Both the position numbers and the translations under genes were made by a program. Positions 63,374-64,000 of a stretch of DNA of 64,000 nt are shown here, piece by piece; within the stretch, counting starts at the first letter, position 1; each line of letters begins with the position of its first letter. The notes under the pieces are model-generated. The model was given only the letters and a program-made list of their open reading frames with translations. It searched no databases and was not told the origin of the DNA. The stretch spans positions 1 to 64,000 of the forward strand of contig MCFE01000262.1 of assembly GCA_002104905.1 (NCBI GenBank), in the 5' to 3' direction. The stretch comes from Basidiobolus meristosporus CBS 931.73 (Eukaryota > Fungi > Basidiobolomycota).

Positions 63374-63685
63374 AATCCCGCAGCATCACACCCATACCTA
63401 CACCCACACTCACACCCACACTCCTAGAAGTTGTATTATAAATGTTTGCTTGGATGAGAATAAATCGGTCCGCGGATCATGTGATCCCCTTGCTGGCCAA
63501 CCTCATTGGCAAAGGGATGTCTGATTCATAATTGCTGTTACTAAAAGATACCTAGTGTCACTAGCCGACATTTACCCTTATTTCCAAAATCATCCCAATT
63601 CAACCGAGGTTGGAATTTCCAAAGGGAAAGTTGAATTTTTCTTTTCTCCCGTTTCCCAAGTGGATTATCACTCTACTCCCTCGCC

Positions 63686-64000
63686 ATGATCACCTCCAAC
63701 GACGCAACCGAACTAGACCTGCTCCTGAGCCAGACGAAAGACATCCTTGTGCAGTGTAGGTCACTTTCTCTGCGAGAGAGGTGGGCCCAGGTTTACTGAC
63801 CGCGGTTTCCTTCTTCCAGATGTCAACCAATGCCAACAGGAGAACACCCAAGTTGTTGAGCACCTGTGTCCCGAAGAGCTGGTGAAGGTGTTCGATTTCG
63901 GTTTAGAAAAGGATGGGGTCGGCCGCGATGGAATCCTAGACACCATCCAAGGCATGCTCAAATACAGGTGAGGCTCGTTACGGCCAGTTTCCCTCTTCCC
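63686..64000 (+). CDS. 5' part of a group II PLP-dependent decarboxylase (glutamate/cysteine-sulfinate decarboxylase-like); exons 63686-63755 and 63820-63967, continues beyond the window
   Basis: MITSNDATELDLLLSQTKDILVQYVNQCQQENTQVVEHLCPEELVKVFDFGLEKDGVGRDGILDTIQGMLKYS resembles the VV....PEEL...LD..L...G......L..I...LKYSV N-terminus of GAD/CSAD. The catalytic region is not in the window. Confidence 0.65.

Noticed and set aside
63380-63425. CA-rich microsatellite after FAD1
   Set aside because: Imperfect low-complexity 3' UTR sequence with no further structure.

Overview
Eukaryotic DNA, most likely from an early-diverging fungus (inferred from short 56-65 nt GT-AG introns with CTAAC/CTGAC branch sites and a DUF1752-type GATA factor). 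About 1-59,050 is a deeply nested, CpG-depleted transposon graveyard. It holds three Ty3/gypsy families, two Ty1/copia families (several copies with paired LTRs, PBS, PPT and TSDs), solo LTRs of three further families, and CACTA/EnSpm (Tnp2) transposase relics. It also holds a PHIS-superfamily (DDE_Tnp_4) transposon relic and its ~733-bp foldback MITE family with ANT target sites. From ~59,450 the sequence becomes CpG-rich and genic: a DUF1752 plus two-finger GATA transcription factor (3 exons), a 52-codon ORF below the ORF-track cutoff with a neurabin/Bni4-type PP1-docking motif, FAD synthetase (4 exons), and the 5' end of a group II PLP-dependent decarboxylase. No TE ORF is intact. All alignments and counts were done by eye.
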